Assembly (NCBI GenBank): GCA_963817955.1 | Contig: CAWFQK010000004.1 | Location: forward strand, 1,056,001 to 1,120,000 | From: an uncultured Gemmatimonadaceae bacterium | GTDB taxonomy: Bacteria; Gemmatimonadota; Gemmatimonadetes; Gemmatimonadales; Gemmatimonadaceae | DNA length: 64,000 nt | Direction of reading: 5' to 3' | Shown: positions 1 to 10,135 of the stretch, in pieces | How the letters are laid out: the number at the start of each line of letters is the position of its first letter | Numbering within the stretch: position 1 is the stretch's first letter | Program-made: the position numbers and the translations under genes | Notes under the pieces: model-generated | Seen by the model: only the letters and a program-made list of their open reading frames with translations | What the model was told of the DNA's origin: nothing | Database searches by the model: none

Positions 1-1
1 C

Positions 2-1558
2 GCGAAGCGCGAGCAGTATGGCACCTGGCGCAGTTGGCGGCGCGGCGTGTCGCACATCGACCTCGTGGCGCCGCGCACGCGGTCGCTCGAGGGGATGATG
101 CTCGCCTGGAGCCCTGGCACCAAGGGCAAGCCCGTCACCGCACAGGCGATCGTGTTGCCGAAATTCAAGGACAGCACGGAATTCGTGAAATGGCTGCCGC
201 AGGCCAAAGGAAAGATCGTGCTCCTCTCCCCTGCGTGGCCCACGTGCCGTCCGAGTGAGGACTGGTACCGATGGGCAACACCGGCATCGATGGCTCGCAT
301 GGACTCTTCCATCGCCGAGATGCAGCGTGAGTGGGCAGTGATGAACGACGCCGCCGGCCATCCGGACAGCACGAAGCTCTATCGTGGTACGGGCTACTCG
401 CTGGCGCTCGGCACGGGCTCGCTCGGCATGCGTCTGGAGAAAGCGGGCGTCGCGGGCATGATCTCATCGCGTAACAAGCTGAGTGCGTTCCCCAATCCAT
501 TCCAGGCGGATGGTGGCGGCCGCGGCGGTCGTGGTGGCGGTCGTGGTGGACGCGGCGGCCCGGCCGGCGGCGCGAGTGAGCGTGGCGGTGGCGGCCCGGG
601 CGCGAACCTTCGTCCGACGCCGAGTGGCGAGCCGGGTCCTGCCGCAGCGCCAGTCGGCACGGGCGGTTGGGGCGTGATCGAAGTGTTCGAGACGTACAAC
701 AAGACCGCACCCGCCGTGACGCTCACGTGCGAAGACTACGGTCTGGTGTACCGCCTCGCCGAGAACAAGCAGAAGCCGATGGTCCGCCTCGATCTCGATG
801 CGCAGTTGCTGGGCGAACAGCCCGCGACCAACACCATCGCCATGATCAAGGGCACGGAGAAGCCAGACGAATACGTCGTCCTCTCGGCGCACTTCGACTC
901 GTGGGATGGCTCGAGCGGCGCCACCGATAACGGCACCGGCACGGTGATGGCGATGGAAGCCATGCGAATTCTGAAACAAGTCTATCCCCATCCGAAGCGC
1001 ACGATCCTGGTCGGACACTGGGCGAGCGAGGAGCAGGGGCTGAACGGCTCGACGGCGTTCACCGAGGATCACCCCGAAGTGATGAAGGGATTGCAGGCGT
1101 TGTTCAATCAGGACAACGGCACGGGCCGCGTGCAGTCGCTGTCGGCCTCGGGTCTCACGGACATGGGCCATCACCTGAAGTCGTGGTATAATCAGCTCCC
1201 GAGCTTCTACACGGACAGCATGAGCCCGAACGTGGTGTCGTGGAGCTTCAACGACGTACCGGCTGGGAATCCGGGCGGCACAGACGGCGCGGTGTTCACG
1301 TGCAAGGGCACGCCGTCGTTCGGCATGGGCGCGGTGAACTGGAATTACACGGCCTACACGTGGCATACGAATCGCGACACGTATGACAAGATCGTGTTCG
1401 ACGATCTGAAGCACAACGCGACGTTGGCGGCGATGCTCGCGTACCTTGCGAGCGAAGATCCGACGTTCATCTCGCGCGAGAAATCTCCGGGCACGTGGCC
1501 CGCGAATTGGCCGGAGAACTGCGGCAAGGCGCCGCGCAAGACGCGTCCTCGTTTGTAA
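2..1558 (+). CDS. M28 family metallopeptidase (carboxypeptidase Q-like), 5' end outside window
   Basis: Frame open from base 2; SAHFDSWD, GATDNGTG, SEEQGL, NQDNG and YTWHT zinc-ligand motifs; Gly/Arg-rich insertion. Confidence 0.9.
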   Translation, partial: AKREQYGTWRSWRRGVSHIDLVAPRTRSLEGMMLAWSPGTKGKPVTAQAIVLPKFKDSTEFVKWLPQAKGKIVLLSPAWPTCRPSEDWYRWATPASMARMDSSIAEMQREWAVMNDAAGHPDSTKLYRGTGYSLALGTGSLGMRLEKAGVAGMISSRNKLSAFPNPFQADGGGRGGRGGGRGGRGGPAGGASERGGGGPGANLRPTPSGEPGPAAAPVGTGGWGVIEVFETYNKTAPAVTLTCEDYGLVYRLAENKQKPMVRLDLDAQLLGEQPATNTIAMIKGTEKPDEYVVLSAHFDSWDGSSGATDNGTGTVMAMEAMRILKQVYPHPKRTILVGHWASEEQGLNGSTAFTEDHPEVMKGLQALFNQDNGTGRVQSLSASGLTDMGHHLKSWYNQLPSFYTDSMSPNVVSWSFNDVPAGNPGGTDGAVFTCKGTPSFGMGAVNWNYTAYTWHTNRDTYDKIVFDDLKHNATLAAMLAYLASEDPTFISREKSPGTWPANWPENCGKAPRKTRPRL

Positions 1559-1568
1559 CCTGGTTCGA

Positions 1569-2054
1569 ATGCCCACACCAACGCCCTATCGTTCACTTCC
1601 TGCCGACCAGCGCATTGCGCTGGTCACGCACCTCATCAAGTCGGGCCGCGAAGCCAAGGCGCTGTACATCCAGCGCCTCGCCTCGCGGCACGGCGGCTTT
1701 CGCCTGGTGACGCTGCAAACGTGGTCGGCCGATCGCCTGGCGAAGGAAGTCGTACGCACGAACGCTCAGACCGCGCAGGACGAGTTCGATCTCATGCACC
1801 TGCTGTACGTCGATCTCGAGCCCCAATTTCAGATCACCTTTCTCGATGCCGCCGGCGTGAAGCACGAGGGCGGCACCATGCCGGACGACTTGGTGGCGCC
1901 GTATGCCGACGAAGCCTCGGTGCGACGAGGCGCGGCGGAATTGCGTGCCAAGTACGCTGAGGATGGCGAGCGGTACCTGCGCACACTTGCCAAGTACAAC
2001 CGCGAAGGGTGGCCGGGAATCGAGGCAATCGTGGAAGAGTTCAGCGCACACTGA
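1569..2054 (+). CDS. Hypothetical protein
   Basis: 161-aa ORF 10 bp after the M28 stop, protein-like composition; no motif recognised. Confidence 0.7.
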   Translation: MPTPTPYRSLPADQRIALVTHLIKSGREAKALYIQRLASRHGGFRLVTLQTWSADRLAKEVVRTNAQTAQDEFDLMHLLYVDLEPQFQITFLDAAGVKHEGGTMPDDLVAPYADEASVRRGAAELRAKYAEDGERYLRTLAKYNREGWPGIEAIVEEFSAH

Positions 2055-3024
2055 GAGCGCCGCCGGGCCTCTCTGTCACGCGCGCCTCGCGCTCGCGTAT
2101 CACGTCCCGCGGCTTCTTGTCGCCGCGAAATCCCTGCAGCGACGGATGGCGAATACGGCCGTCGTCCGTCCACTCCGTGAAATCCACCTCAGCAACGAGC
2201 TTGGGCTTCACCCAGTGGACGTTCTTTAGGAGCCGTCCGCGCGGCTGCGGCTCGAAGGGCGCCTCCTTCACTTCCAGCGCGTCGAGCTGCCGGCGCAGCT
2301 TCCGTCCGAACGCGTCGCTCCACCCGCGGCCGGTGCCCACCTTTCCCGCGAAACGGAGCGCCGTGTCCTCGTAATACCCAATGAGTATTGCGCCAACACC
2401 GACGCGTGCCCCGGCAGGTTCGGTGAACCCGCCAACAACGAATTCCTGCCGCTTCAGACACTTGATCTTCTGCCACTCGGCCGAGCGCACACCGATCCGG
2501 TACGGCGCATCGCGCAGTTTGCTGACGATCCCTTCGGCACCACGCGCGCAAGCTTTCGACAAGAACATTTCGCCCTTGCTGTCGGTATGCGCCGTGTAGC
2601 GGATCAGGCCGGCGTGCGGTCCAACGAGGTCCTTCAGGCGGCGCTTCCGCTCCTCGAGCGGCAGCGGAGTGAGGTCCTCGCCGTTGAGCGCGAGCAGGTC
2701 GAAGGCAAAGTACGTCAGACCCTTTCTACTGCTGCCAAGCTGCTGCAGGAGTTGAAAGTTGGTCACGCCATGCTCGTCGAGCACGGTGATCTCGCCATCG
2801 AGAATCGCGCTCTTCGCGCCGAGCGTTTTTGCCGCGGCGGCAATCTCCGGATAAGCGGCTGTGTAGTCCTTGCCGCGCCGCGAAATGATTGCCACGGAGC
2901 GCCGCGTGACGAACACGCCCATGCGAAAGCCGTCGAGCTTGATCTCGTGAATCCAGCGTGGACCGGACGGCGGCCGATCGACGAGGAGCGCCTTCTGCGG
3001 ATGGTAGCGAGACGGCGTGAGCAT
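2041..3024 (-). CDS. ATP-dependent DNA ligase, stand-alone LigD-type ligase domain
   Basis: EIKLDGFR (adenylated Lys), LDGEI, FAFDLL, EGIVSK, WQKIK, OB-fold with GKVGTG and IRHPSLQGFRGDK. Confidence 0.9.
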   Translation of the reverse strand: MLTPSRYHPQKALLVDRPPSGPRWIHEIKLDGFRMGVFVTRRSVAIISRRGKDYTAAYPEIAAAAKTLGAKSAILDGEITVLDEHGVTNFQLLQQLGSSRKGLTYFAFDLLALNGEDLTPLPLEERKRRLKDLVGPHAGLIRYTAHTDSKGEMFLSKACARGAEGIVSKLRDAPYRIGVRSAEWQKIKCLKRQEFVVGGFTEPAGARVGVGAILIGYYEDTALRFAGKVGTGRGWSDAFGRKLRRQLDALEVKEAPFEPQPRGRLLKNVHWVKPKLVAEVDFTEWTDDGRIRHPSLQGFRGDKKPRDVIREREARVTERPGGALSVR

Positions 3025-3150
3025 TGGTCTAGATTCTATCCGAGACGGTCCGCATTTTTCGAGCGAATCCGTTTTCACTGACGGGCTCGCCAAGCCAGTC
3101 GTCGATGGAGATACGATCATGATCGTTGACGCCAGGCAGCGGAGGATCGA

Positions 3151-4290
3151 ATGATGGAGCTGTCTCGCGACGAGCGACTCCGCTACAGCCGGCATCTCGT
3201 GCTTCCCGACGTTGCGCTCGAGGGGCAAGAGAAGCTCAAGGCGGCGCGCGTTGTCCTCATCGGCGCCGGCGGATTAGGTTCGCCCGCCGCGCTGTATCTC
3301 GCCGCCGCCGGCGTCGGCACGCTCGGTCTCGTGGACTTCGACGTCGTGGACGTCACGAACCTGCAGCGCCAGGTATTGTACGGCACCAGTGACGTCGGGC
3401 GGCCCAAGCTTGACTCGGCGCGCGATCGCATCGCCGATCTCAATCCGCACGTGCACATCGAGACGTACGAGACGCGCCTCACGGCGGCGAACGCGCTCGA
3501 CATTCTGCGCGACTACGACGTCGTCGTGGACGGCACGGACAATTTCGCCACGCGCTATCTCACGAACGATGCGTGCGTCATACTCGGCAAGCCAAACGTC
3601 TACGGGTCGATCTTCCGGTTCGAGGGCCAGGCGTCGGTGTTCTCGACACCGGAGGGACCGTGCTACCGCTGTCTCTTCCCCACACCGCCCCCGGCCGGCC
3701 TGGTACCTAGCTGCGCCGAAGGCGGGGTGCTGGGCGTGCTGCCCGGCCTCGTGGGAACTGTCCAGGCAACGGAAGCAGTGAAGCTGATCCTCGGCATCGG
3801 CGATTCGCTCGCCGGACGCTTGCTGCTCATCGATGCGATGAACATGCGCTTTCGCACCATACGCATACAGCGCGACACGGCCTGTCCCGCGTGCGGAACG
3901 CGGCAGATCACGGAATTGATCGACTACGACGAATTCTGCGCCGGCCCCAACGCCACGCCGCACGATGAGGGCAAGATTGTGGACATCACACCGCGCGAGC
4001 TCGCCGACCGCATGTCGGCCGACAACGAGATCACGCTGATCGACGTGAGAGAGCCGTACGAGTGGCAGATCGGGCACATCGCCGGCGCGAGACTCATTCC
4101 GCTCGGCCAGCTCCCAAGCGAGTTGTCGTCGCTCGATCGCACGCGCGAAATCGTCGTGTACTGTCGGTCAGGAATGCGAAGCGCGAATGCGGCTGAACAG
4201 TTGAGATCCGCTGGCTTCCGCGTTGCGAATCTCGCCGGCGGCATTCTCCGCTGGAGCGACGACGTCGACCCGGGTGTTCCGAAGTATTGA
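3151..4290 (+). CDS. moeB: Molybdopterin-synthase adenylyltransferase/sulfurtransferase (MoeB/MoeZ; ThiF + rhodanese)
   Basis: RYSRHL, GAGGLGSP, NLQRQ, CYRC and CPAC zinc pairs; C-terminal rhodanese YCRSGMRS. Confidence 0.92.
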   Translation: MMELSRDERLRYSRHLVLPDVALEGQEKLKAARVVLIGAGGLGSPAALYLAAAGVGTLGLVDFDVVDVTNLQRQVLYGTSDVGRPKLDSARDRIADLNPHVHIETYETRLTAANALDILRDYDVVVDGTDNFATRYLTNDACVILGKPNVYGSIFRFEGQASVFSTPEGPCYRCLFPTPPPAGLVPSCAEGGVLGVLPGLVGTVQATEAVKLILGIGDSLAGRLLLIDAMNMRFRTIRIQRDTACPACGTRQITELIDYDEFCAGPNATPHDEGKIVDITPRELADRMSADNEITLIDVREPYEWQIGHIAGARLIPLGQLPSELSSLDRTREIVVYCRSGMRSANAAEQLRSAGFRVANLAGGILRWSDDVDPGVPKY

Positions 4291-4434
4291 CGCCCGTTCA
4301 TCTGGTCGCGGCTGTCCGACACAAACCACAGCCTGGCCGCGTAGAACACTCTGACTACTGGCGCTTCGCCAGCGCGGTCGATATCTCCTCAGTAACGGCC
4401 CTGTTTCCACACGCTTTGCGTGCATCGCCACTAT

Positions 4435-7400
4435 ATGCCTTCCGTCTTTCAACACGTCCTCGCCCGAACGACGCGTGCCTTGCTGTGCTCCATCTTCATC
4501 AGCTGCGCTCTCCTGCCCTTTGTCGCACGGCAGGCGGCAGCGCAAATCGGCACGACAACCCAGATCATCACCGGCAAAGTGGTCGGACCCGATAGCCTGG
4601 CGCTCGCTGGCGCGCATGTCGACATCACGTCGGTGGAAACAGGAGTCGTCAAGCACACGCTCACTCGCGCCGACGGGCGTTTCTCCCTGCTCTTCCGCGA
4701 CGGAGGCGCGCAGTACATCGTCAAAGTCACGTATATCGGTATGGCGCCTGCCACGGTCACGCTGGCACGTCAGGCGGATGAGGATCGGCTCGTGGCGGAG
4801 GTGCGCATGGGCCGCACGGCAGTGCAGCTCTCGGCCGTGCAAGTGCGGGCGGCAAACAATCGCGCTGGAGGGCCCGGCGCCTCGAACGCCGGCGGCTCCG
4901 GTAGTGCGCTGCCCACGCAACTTCTGGAGCGCCTGCCGGTGAACTTCGGCGACCTCGCGACCGTCGCGGCGTTGGCACCTGGCGTCATTCCCACGTCGGC
5001 GACCGACTCGACGCCGGCGTCGTTCTCCGTCGCCGGCCAGCCCGCCAACCAGAACAACGTCACAGTGGACGGTAGCTCGTTCCTGTTCGGCAGCCTGCCG
5101 CAGGACGCCGTGCGCGCGGTCCGCGTCGTGACGAACGCATACGACGTGAGCCGCGGACAGTTCACCGGCGGCCAGATTGCCACCACCACCAAGAGTGGCA
5201 CGGCGGATTTCCAGGGCACGGCCACGGTCAACCGGCAAGAGCCGTCGCTGCAATTCCCCACGTCCACCTCGCCAACCTTCGGGCAGAAGTACACCCAGAG
5301 TACGGGCAGCTTCGGTGTGGGTGGTCCGCTCAAGACCGACGAGATCTTCTACTTCGGATCGCTGCAGTACGATCGGCGCTCCGACGCCGTCGCATCGCTG
5401 CTCGATGCGAGCCCCGGCGCTCTCGCCAACCTTGGCGCCAACCCGGACTCGGTCGCTCGCTTTCTCCAGTTGGCGGCACGGAATGGCCTCAACGGCCTCT
5501 CCATCGCTCCCGACTCTCGGACGTCCTCCACGACGAGCGCCCTGGCGCGAATCGACTGGGACATGAACGACTCGCACTCACTCATGTTGCGGGGTGACTA
5601 TCGCCACCTGACGCAGGATGCAACGCGCATCGCACCACTCGCGCTCCCGCAAACCGGTGGCAACATGAGCTCCGACGGCGGAGGCGCCATGGCAACGCTC
5701 ACGTCGAGCCTCGGCAACTTCATCAACGAAGGCCGTGCCTATGCATCGGCGGATCATCAGTCTGCGTCGGCGTTCCTCACCGCGCCGCTCGGCGTCGTAA
5801 CGGTCGCCTCTGACGTTGCCGCCGGCGCGACGACTGGCGGTGTCGCATCGCTGCAGTTCGGTGGCAATCCCGGCCTGCCTCGCGCGTCGACGAATCGCCT
5901 CGTCGAGGTGTCGGACGAGCTGTCCTGGCTCGCCGGCAGCGCCCATCGTCTCAAGATCGGCGCGCTGCTCAACGAGACCCGCTCCACCGTCGGCGTCGTG
6001 CCCAACCGCTACGGCTCCTTTCTCTACAACTCACTCGCCGATTTCGACGCCGGGCATCCCGCGCTGTTCTCCCGCGCGTTGTCCGGCGTCGACCAGTCGT
6101 CCGGCGCCGACAACGCGGCGCTGTACCTGGGCGACGCGTGGCGCCACTCGGGCACGCTGCAGATTACGTACGGCGTTCGCGCGGAAGCAACGCGACTGCC
6201 CGGCGCTCCCGCGGAGAACGCAGCGGTGACGCAGGCGTTCGGTCGCTCCACGAGCGACTGGCCCACCGACTTCCGTGTCACGCCGCGCTTCGGGTTTACA
6301 TATCTCATATGGAATGACGCCGGCCTGCCGACCGGGTCGGTCCGGGGCGGCATCGGCGAATTCCGCGGCACCGTTCCCTCGCCGCTCGTCGGCGCGGTCC
6401 GCAACGCCACCGGGCTCGCCGGGACGCAGACGAATCTGCTCTGCGTCGGTTCGGCGGTTCCGACGACGAACTGGGCAGCCTACGTCGCCGATCCATCGAC
6501 CATCCCGAGCACGTGCGTAGGTGGCGCGGCGCCGAATCTGTCGTCGGCCCAGCCGACGATCCTGCTGTTCGACCCGAACTTCGGCGCACCCGCCGTATGG
6601 CGTGCGTCGCTCGGATTCGCGCGACGCATCGGCGACCTGTATTCAGTGGGCCTGGACGGCCTGTTCGCCTACGGCGTGAGCTCCCCTGTCGCCACGGACA
6701 TCAATCTCCCTCAGCCGAACTTTGCGCTGGCATCGGAGGACGGGCGGCCGGTCTTTGCGCGTCCAATTGACATCGTGCCAACCACCGGCAGCATCGGTGC
6801 GCTCACGACGCGACCGCATCCGGAATTTGGTCCGGTGCTCTCCCTGGGGTCGGGGCTCAAGTCGCGCACCGGCCAGCTCACCGCCACGATGAATGCGCCG
6901 GGTTTCCACGCGGGGATCACGACCCTGGCGTATACGTTCAACCGCGTGATCGATCAATCGAATGGATACGCGCTCGGCGCGTATCTGCCGACGACCTCGG
7001 GCAATCCCAACAGCATCGAATGGGGCACGAGTGATCTGGAGCGCCGGCACCAGTTTCTGGCAACATCCTTGATGCAGTTCAGCCACGGCTTCGATTTCAA
7101 CTTCATTGGTCGCTTGCTCTCCGGGCCACGCTACACGCCGGTGGTGAACGGTGACATCAATGGCGACGGCATGCGAAACGACCGCGCCTTCATCTCGCAA
7201 ACCGGGGCACTCGGCGGTCAGATCTCGCAGTTGATCACCACGACGGACGAACGCGCCTCCGACTGCCTGCGCTCGCAGTTGGGACGCGTAGCGTCGCGCA
7301 ACTCGTGCACAACGCCGTGGACGCCACAGCTCGACATGCAACTCGATTGGCAGCCGCGCGCCGCGGCACTTGACGATCGGCTCACCGTATCACTCGTCAT

Positions 7401-8088
7401 GACCAACACCCTCGCCGGCGTCGATCGCATGTTGCACGGCAGCGCCATCCACGGATGGGGTCAGCCGGTGATACCGGATCGCAACCTGCTCACCCTCACG
7501 GGCTTCGACCCGTTGACGCAGCAGTATCAATATCATGTGAACACGCACTTCGGCACGCCGGTGGGCGCCGGGAGCGCGTTCCTCGTGCCCTTCCAGATCG
7601 GCCTACGCGCCCATGTGACGCTCGGCACGGATCCAGTCAAGGCACAGATCAAGGCCGTCACGGGCGGAGCGAACGGTCAGCAGGCGTCAGTGGAGGAGAT
7701 CAAGGCGCGTATTCTCAAGGGCGTACCATATCCGGTGAAGTTGCTGCTCGACCAGGCTGACTCATTGGAGCTGGGCCTGACGCGGGATCAACGCGTGAAG
7801 CTCACGGCGATCAACGCGGTATACGCCAAGCAGATCGACTCGGTGGGCAACGTCGTCGCCGAGATCCTGCGCGCGGCGGGGCCACGTCCCGATCTCGGAG
7901 CGCTCGCCCCCAAGTTACAGGGTATCAACATGGGCGTGATCAAGGCGCTGTCCCAATCGGTAAAGGACGCGCAGGCAGCACTGACCCCCGAGCAATGGGT
8001 CAAGGTGCCGCAGCGCATTCGCCTGCCGCTCTCCGCGCCACCACCGGCTGCCAACGGTGCCGCGGGGCGGCCACCGGAGGATGGCTGA
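4435..8088 (+). CDS. TonB-dependent-receptor-like outer-membrane protein with N-terminal carboxypeptidase-regulatory domain and C-terminal helical extension
   Basis: Signal peptide ending AAAQ; ITGKVV...GRF domain; plug motifs NNVTVDG and AYDVSRGQFTGG...TKSGT; barrel strands; DINGDG loop. Confidence 0.85.
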   Translation: MPSVFQHVLARTTRALLCSIFISCALLPFVARQAAAQIGTTTQIITGKVVGPDSLALAGAHVDITSVETGVVKHTLTRADGRFSLLFRDGGAQYIVKVTYIGMAPATVTLARQADEDRLVAEVRMGRTAVQLSAVQVRAANNRAGGPGASNAGGSGSALPTQLLERLPVNFGDLATVAALAPGVIPTSATDSTPASFSVAGQPANQNNVTVDGSSFLFGSLPQDAVRAVRVVTNAYDVSRGQFTGGQIATTTKSGTADFQGTATVNRQEPSLQFPTSTSPTFGQKYTQSTGSFGVGGPLKTDEIFYFGSLQYDRRSDAVASLLDASPGALANLGANPDSVARFLQLAARNGLNGLSIAPDSRTSSTTSALARIDWDMNDSHSLMLRGDYRHLTQDATRIAPLALPQTGGNMSSDGGGAMATLTSSLGNFINEGRAYASADHQSASAFLTAPLGVVTVASDVAAGATTGGVASLQFGGNPGLPRASTNRLVEVSDELSWLAGSAHRLKIGALLNETRSTVGVVPNRYGSFLYNSLADFDAGHPALFSRALSGVDQSSGADNAALYLGDAWRHSGTLQITYGVRAEATRLPGAPAENAAVTQAFGRSTSDWPTDFRVTPRFGFTYLIWNDAGLPTGSVRGGIGEFRGTVPSPLVGAVRNATGLAGTQTNLLCVGSAVPTTNWAAYVADPSTIPSTCVGGAAPNLSSAQPTILLFDPNFGAPAVWRASLGFARRIGDLYSVGLDGLFAYGVSSPVATDINLPQPNFALASEDGRPVFARPIDIVPTTGSIGALTTRPHPEFGPVLSLGSGLKSRTGQLTATMNAPGFHAGITTLAYTFNRVIDQSNGYALGAYLPTTSGNPNSIEWGTSDLERRHQFLATSLMQFSHGFDFNFIGRLLSGPRYTPVVNGDINGDGMRNDRAFISQTGALGGQISQLITTTDERASDCLRSQLGRVASRNSCTTPWTPQLDMQLDWQPRAAALDDRLTVSLVMTNTLAGVDRMLHGSAIHGWGQPVIPDRNLLTLTGFDPLTQQYQYHVNTHFGTPVGAGSAFLVPFQIGLRAHVTLGTDPVKAQIKAVTGGANGQQASVEEIKARILKGVPYPVKLLLDQADSLELGLTRDQRVKLTAINAVYAKQIDSVGNVVAEILRAAGPRPDLGALAPKLQGINMGVIKALSQSVKDAQAALTPEQWVKVPQRIRLPLSAPPPAANGAAGRPPEDG

Positions 8089-8159
8089 CGAGACGCGGGC
8101 GGGGGCACGAGATACGAGAGGTGACTAGTTTGGGATAGCACCTCTTGGGGGGTAGCACC

Positions 8160-9035
8160 GTGCAGATTCTGTATGTGGCGGCTGGATTGGTGGCCGCCTA
8201 CGTGCTGTCGAGCATCCGCGTTCTCGCCCAGTATGAGCGCGGCGTCGTGTTCTTCCTGGGCAAGTACACTGGAACGCGCGGCCCGGGACTGGTATTCGTG
8301 CCGTCGATCCTCGCGCGCATGAGAACGGTGTCAATGCGCGTCGTCGTTCTCGACATCCCGCCGCAGGACGTGATCACGCGCGACAACATCTCCGTGAAGG
8401 TGAACGCGGTACTCTACTTCCGCGTCGGAGACCCGTCGCTCGCCGTTATCGAAGTGCAGGACTTTCTCCATGCCACGGCGCAGCTCGCTCAGACGACGCT
8501 GCTCTCCGTGCTTGGGCAGGTCGAGCTCGACGAGCTGCTCGCCGACCGCCGCAAGGTCAACGAGATTCTGAAGGAGATCATCGACGAGCGCACGGACTTC
8601 TGGGGCATCGAGGTCTCGGCAGTTGAAATCAAGGACGTGCTGCTGCCCGATACGATGCGGCGGGCGATTGCGCGTCAGGCTGAGGCAGAGCGCGAACGGC
8701 GCGCAAAGGTCATCAGCGCGCAGGGCGAGCTGCAGGCCTCGGAGACGTTGGCGCAGGCAGCGCGCATGCTGCAGAGCCAACCCGCATCCATCCAGCTCCG
8801 ATATCTGCAAACCGTCACCGAGATCGCGTCGGAGAACAATTCGACGGTCATCTTCCCGCTCCCGATCGATCTGCTCAAGCCATTCTTCCAGCGAGCCGAC
8901 GATTCGGTCGCCGCAACGACGCCGGCTGGCGCGGGATTGCCTCCCGCAGTGCTCCCGAGCGCGCTCGGGGCCGGCGAGGCACTGCCGCAGATCTCGTTCG
9001 GTCGCGAAGCCAAGAGCAAACCGGGCTCGTCGTAA
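8160..9035 (+). CDS. SPFH/slipin (stomatin-like) family protein
   Basis: N-terminal [36 protein letters not shown]. Confidence 0.92.
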   Translation: MQILYVAAGLVAAYVLSSIRVLAQYERGVVFFLGKYTGTRGPGLVFVPSILARMRTVSMRVVVLDIPPQDVITRDNISVKVNAVLYFRVGDPSLAVIEVQDFLHATAQLAQTTLLSVLGQVELDELLADRRKVNEILKEIIDERTDFWGIEVSAVEIKDVLLPDTMRRAIARQAEAERERRAKVISAQGELQASETLAQAARMLQSQPASIQLRYLQTVTEIASENNSTVIFPLPIDLLKPFFQRADDSVAATTPAGAGLPPAVLPSALGAGEALPQISFGREAKSKPGSS

Positions 9036-9036
9036 G

Positions 9037-9981
9037 TCAGTAGACGTCCAGGTCTCGCGCCGACACCACGTGACCATGAAAGTGAAGTCGGATTTCGCCG
9101 AGCAGCTCCGCCTCGTCGAAATCCGGCGGTAACTGATGGTACAGCACGAGTAGTTTCGGCTGCGCCTTTTCCGCGATGGCGCTGAGGTCATTCCCGTTGG
9201 TGTGGTATGCGGCGTGGTAGCGTTGCCATTCGGGCGGGCGATGCTCGAGACTCTTCGACGAAATCACCTCGTGCACCAACACGTCACAGCCATGGCAGGC
9301 GTTGACGACGGCGTCGCTCGCACGCGTATCACCTGAGATGACCACTGAGCGATCTGGAGTGTCAAAGCGATAGGCGTACGCGTGTGGCCAGGCGCCGTGC
9401 GGCACCTCGAACGCAGTCACCGTCACCAGGGCGTCGCGGTACACCACACCGGCCGGCACATCATGTCCGCGACCGCCGTATCCGGTCTTGTTCGATGGTT
9501 CTCCACCATGCAATCGAATATCGATGTCCTGCGCGTACGCGGCCTGCAGATGCCCAATCATGGCGCGCGTGCCCGGAGGCCCGTACACCTCGAGCGGTTT
9601 CGTTCGGCCGAGCACCCACGGCGAAAACATCAGGTCAGGAACTCCAAGGGTGTGATCGGTGTGGAGATGTGTGAGGAACAGCAGTCCAAGCCGGGCTGCG
9701 TCCAGCGCCGGAATCGTGTCGGTTCGCGCCGCAGCTGCGGCGCGACGCACGACTCCCGGTCCGGCATCGACGATGTAGACGTTGCTGTCGACGACGATGG
9801 CGACGGATGGCCCGGAACGATCCGGATCGGCGTTTGGAGTGCCGGTGCCGAGCAGCACGACGCGCGTACGCGCGGGACGTTGGGCTCGGATCGGAGACGC
9901 GCCACCGAGCGCCGCCATTCCCAAGAACACGGCGCCGGCACGCCGAAGCGTGCTCGAGTTGTCGCGGAGAGAAATTCGCAA
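9037..9981 (-). CDS. Secreted MBL-fold metallo-hydrolase (RNase Z/AtsA-like); start uncertain
   Basis: LLGTGTP, THLHTDH, ISGDT, LVHE, YHT, LYH motifs; signal peptide. Confidence 0.85.
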   Translation of the reverse strand: MRISLRDNSSTLRRAGAVFLGMAALGGASPIRAQRPARTRVVLLGTGTPNADPDRSGPSVAIVVDSNVYIVDAGPGVVRRAAAAARTDTIPALDAARLGLLFLTHLHTDHTLGVPDLMFSPWVLGRTKPLEVYGPPGTRAMIGHLQAAYAQDIDIRLHGGEPSNKTGYGGRGHDVPAGVVYRDALVTVTAFEVPHGAWPHAYAYRFDTPDRSVVISGDTRASDAVVNACHGCDVLVHEVISSKSLEHRPPEWQRYHAAYHTNGNDLSAIAEKAQPKLLVLYHQLPPDFDEAELLGEIRLHFHGHVVSARDLDVY

Positions 9982-10057
9982 GTCAATACTCTCTAATACT
10001 TTAAGTTCTACGAACAATGATTAGATTTCATAGTTCGCACGCCAATCCGAGAGTTCC

Positions 10058-10085
10058 CGGCAGGAGTTGCCAACAACTCCTGCCG
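10058..10085. promoter_or_regulatory. Perfect 12-bp hairpin in the leader of the L,D-transpeptidase gene
   Basis: CGGCAGGAGTTG-ccaa-CAACTCCTGCCG downstream of an AT-rich divergent intergenic stretch. Confidence 0.4.
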
Positions 10086-10135
10086 ACCGTCATATGCCTG
10101 AGCGCGATGTCGCGCCAGACGAAGGAGGAATGCGC

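Noticed and set aside
3151..4290. E1-like gene as part of a CBASS/ubiquitin-like defence system
   Set aside because: Ordinary ThiF + rhodanese layout; no E2, JAB, ubiquitin-like or cyclase neighbours.
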